DNA of 63,153 nucleotides, filler included, from Bonamia ostreae (Eukaryota): NCBI GenBank assembly GCA_040357525.1. It is 48 parts of 48 records of this genome, joined end to end, with 100 filler letters (N's around TTAATTAATTAA, not from the genome) between each part and the next. Parts side by side here need not be neighbours in the genome. Positions count along the whole stretch, not along the records: positions 61,944 to 63,153 come from JBDODL010002343.1; 47 more parts are not named here. One strand, 5' to 3'. Shown piece by piece: positions 61,944 to 63,153 of this stretch (position 1 is its first letter; each line of letters starts with the position of its first letter). The notes under the pieces were generated by a model. It saw only the letters and a program-made list of their open reading frames with translations, ran no database searches and was not told where the DNA came from. The position numbers and the translations under genes were made by a program.

Positions 61944-63135
61944 AATGCCCAATTTATTATTGCAATTTTAAAATAACTTTCTCCTATAACAAAATGGTTT
62001 TCTCCAAAAACTTTTAATCTGATATTAAGACTTTTCATTAATTGGCTTATTGCTTCGTTTAATTTTCCCTTTTGGTTTAAAATAAACAAACATTGGTCAC
62101 ATGTAATGTAGCAAGTGAAGATAATGCAATGGCAACCTGAGCGGAATTTTTGCCAAAATTTTTTTCAAATCCATCAACACATTGTTTTAATATTTCTTCA
62201 GCCTTTTCATATTTACCAAGCGATTCTAACAATTTAGCTATGTCCATTAAGTGTTTTAATACATTCATATGTTTTTTGCCATATCTATGTTCTAATATTT
62301 TAAGCAAATCTATATTAATAAGATAAGCATTTTCAATTCTACCGCATTTTTCATAAACATTCGAAAGCGCTTTTTTTAACCTAAATTCGCTTAACTCGTC
62401 TTTTATTAAACTATTTGAATGACATTCGATAGCCTTTTATTAAAACAATAACCTTTTCGGCAAAATTTATTGCAATATTCCATTTATTGTCTTTGCAATG
62501 AAGTAGTAATAAATCGGTTAAACAATTTAAATATACCCAACTTTTTTCTGTGTACCGTAATCTGTATATTTTTTGACATTGATTCAGAAGATGAGCTGCT
62601 TCTTTATATTGTTTTTCTTGGTTTATAAACAGCTGAGCTAAAGATGTTAATATTGGGTACACTTCAGGCTTTTCAATTCCTAATTTTATTCAATATATAA
62701 ACCTAATTTAAGAAAGATATAGTATGCTCGTGTATAGTGTCGCCATGCATTAGGTTTGTTTATTTTTCGTGAAAGTAATCCACGTGAATGCAAAATATTT
62801 GCCATTTTGAACAAATATTTAGGTTGTTTTTTTGAAGACATATTACATGCTTTGTAATAATAATATGCTAAAGCATCACAAAAATAATTTTCTGATTTAT
62901 CGCAATTTTGTGTCCAAATGTTTACAGCTTTCTTAAAAAAATAAAAAGAAACTTTTAAGATTCCATCTAAATTTGAGTTTTTGCTATACTTTTTAATCGG
63001 TATAGATCTGTTTTCCGAATCAGTTATTTTGTCGTTATTATTTTCAGGACAAACTGATTTGTAAGACACATCTTCAAGGTCAACTGCATTGTTAAAAATA
63101 TTATTGTATTTATTTGAATTTTTATGTGAAGACAT
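61944..63135 (-). CDS. Protist tetratricopeptide-repeat protein (kinesin light chain/NPHP3-type 42-aa TPRs), 3'-truncated, multi-intron
   Basis: Repeats such as LMDIAKLLESLGKYEKAEEILKQCV...FGKNSAQVAIALSSLA and QKGKLNEAISQLMKSLNIRLKVFGENHFVIGESY; the frames join by short GTTT-AG introns. Confidence 0.85.
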
Positions 63136-63153
63136 TTGCTAAATTAATATTAT

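Noticed and set aside
62930-62955. Idea that all 3n-length introns carry in-frame stops (NMD-driven selection)
   Set aside because: Four examples fit, but stop-free 3n introns are hard to detect by eye, and a likely one (GTTTCTTTTTATTTTTTTAAG, 21 nt) sits here in the TPR gene. Ascertainment bias prevents a claim.

Overview
This window is not a contiguous locus. It is 48 unrelated contigs of about 1.21-1.23 kb, sorted by decreasing length and joined by an artificial 100-nt spacer (N44-TTAATTAATTAA-N44), so adjacency across spacers means nothing. Three sources are visible. (1) About 28 gene-poor contigs from a bivalve, most likely an oyster: Cg170/Helentron-like repeats, SINE and Penelope-like fragments, Tc1 and Gypsy relics, and EGF, F-lectin and RING exons with ordinary GTAAGT-type introns. 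(2) About 19 gene-dense contigs from a highly divergent microbial eukaryote, inferred to be an oyster parasite such as the haplosporidian Bonamia. They encode eIF3a, RPA3, farnesyltransferase beta, Rab escort protein, TRAX, PRP40, SCYL2, NADP-IDH, Hikeshi, a copine, MPN, SET, KH, cold-shock, LON-N and TPR proteins, a GPR1/FUN34/YaaH transporter, a membrane-anchored pseudokinase and a tiny GPI-like protein. (3) One compositionally distinct intronless orphan contig that may come from a large DNA virus. The most striking signal is the protist's gene architecture: many 19-35 nt GT-AG introns with a dominant GTTT donor, 66-80 nt head-to-head intergenic regions, and a 28-nt motif shared upstream of two unrelated genes. 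No prokaryotic operon, CRISPR array or rRNA was found. All family and taxon assignments come from motif recognition by eye; no database searches were run.
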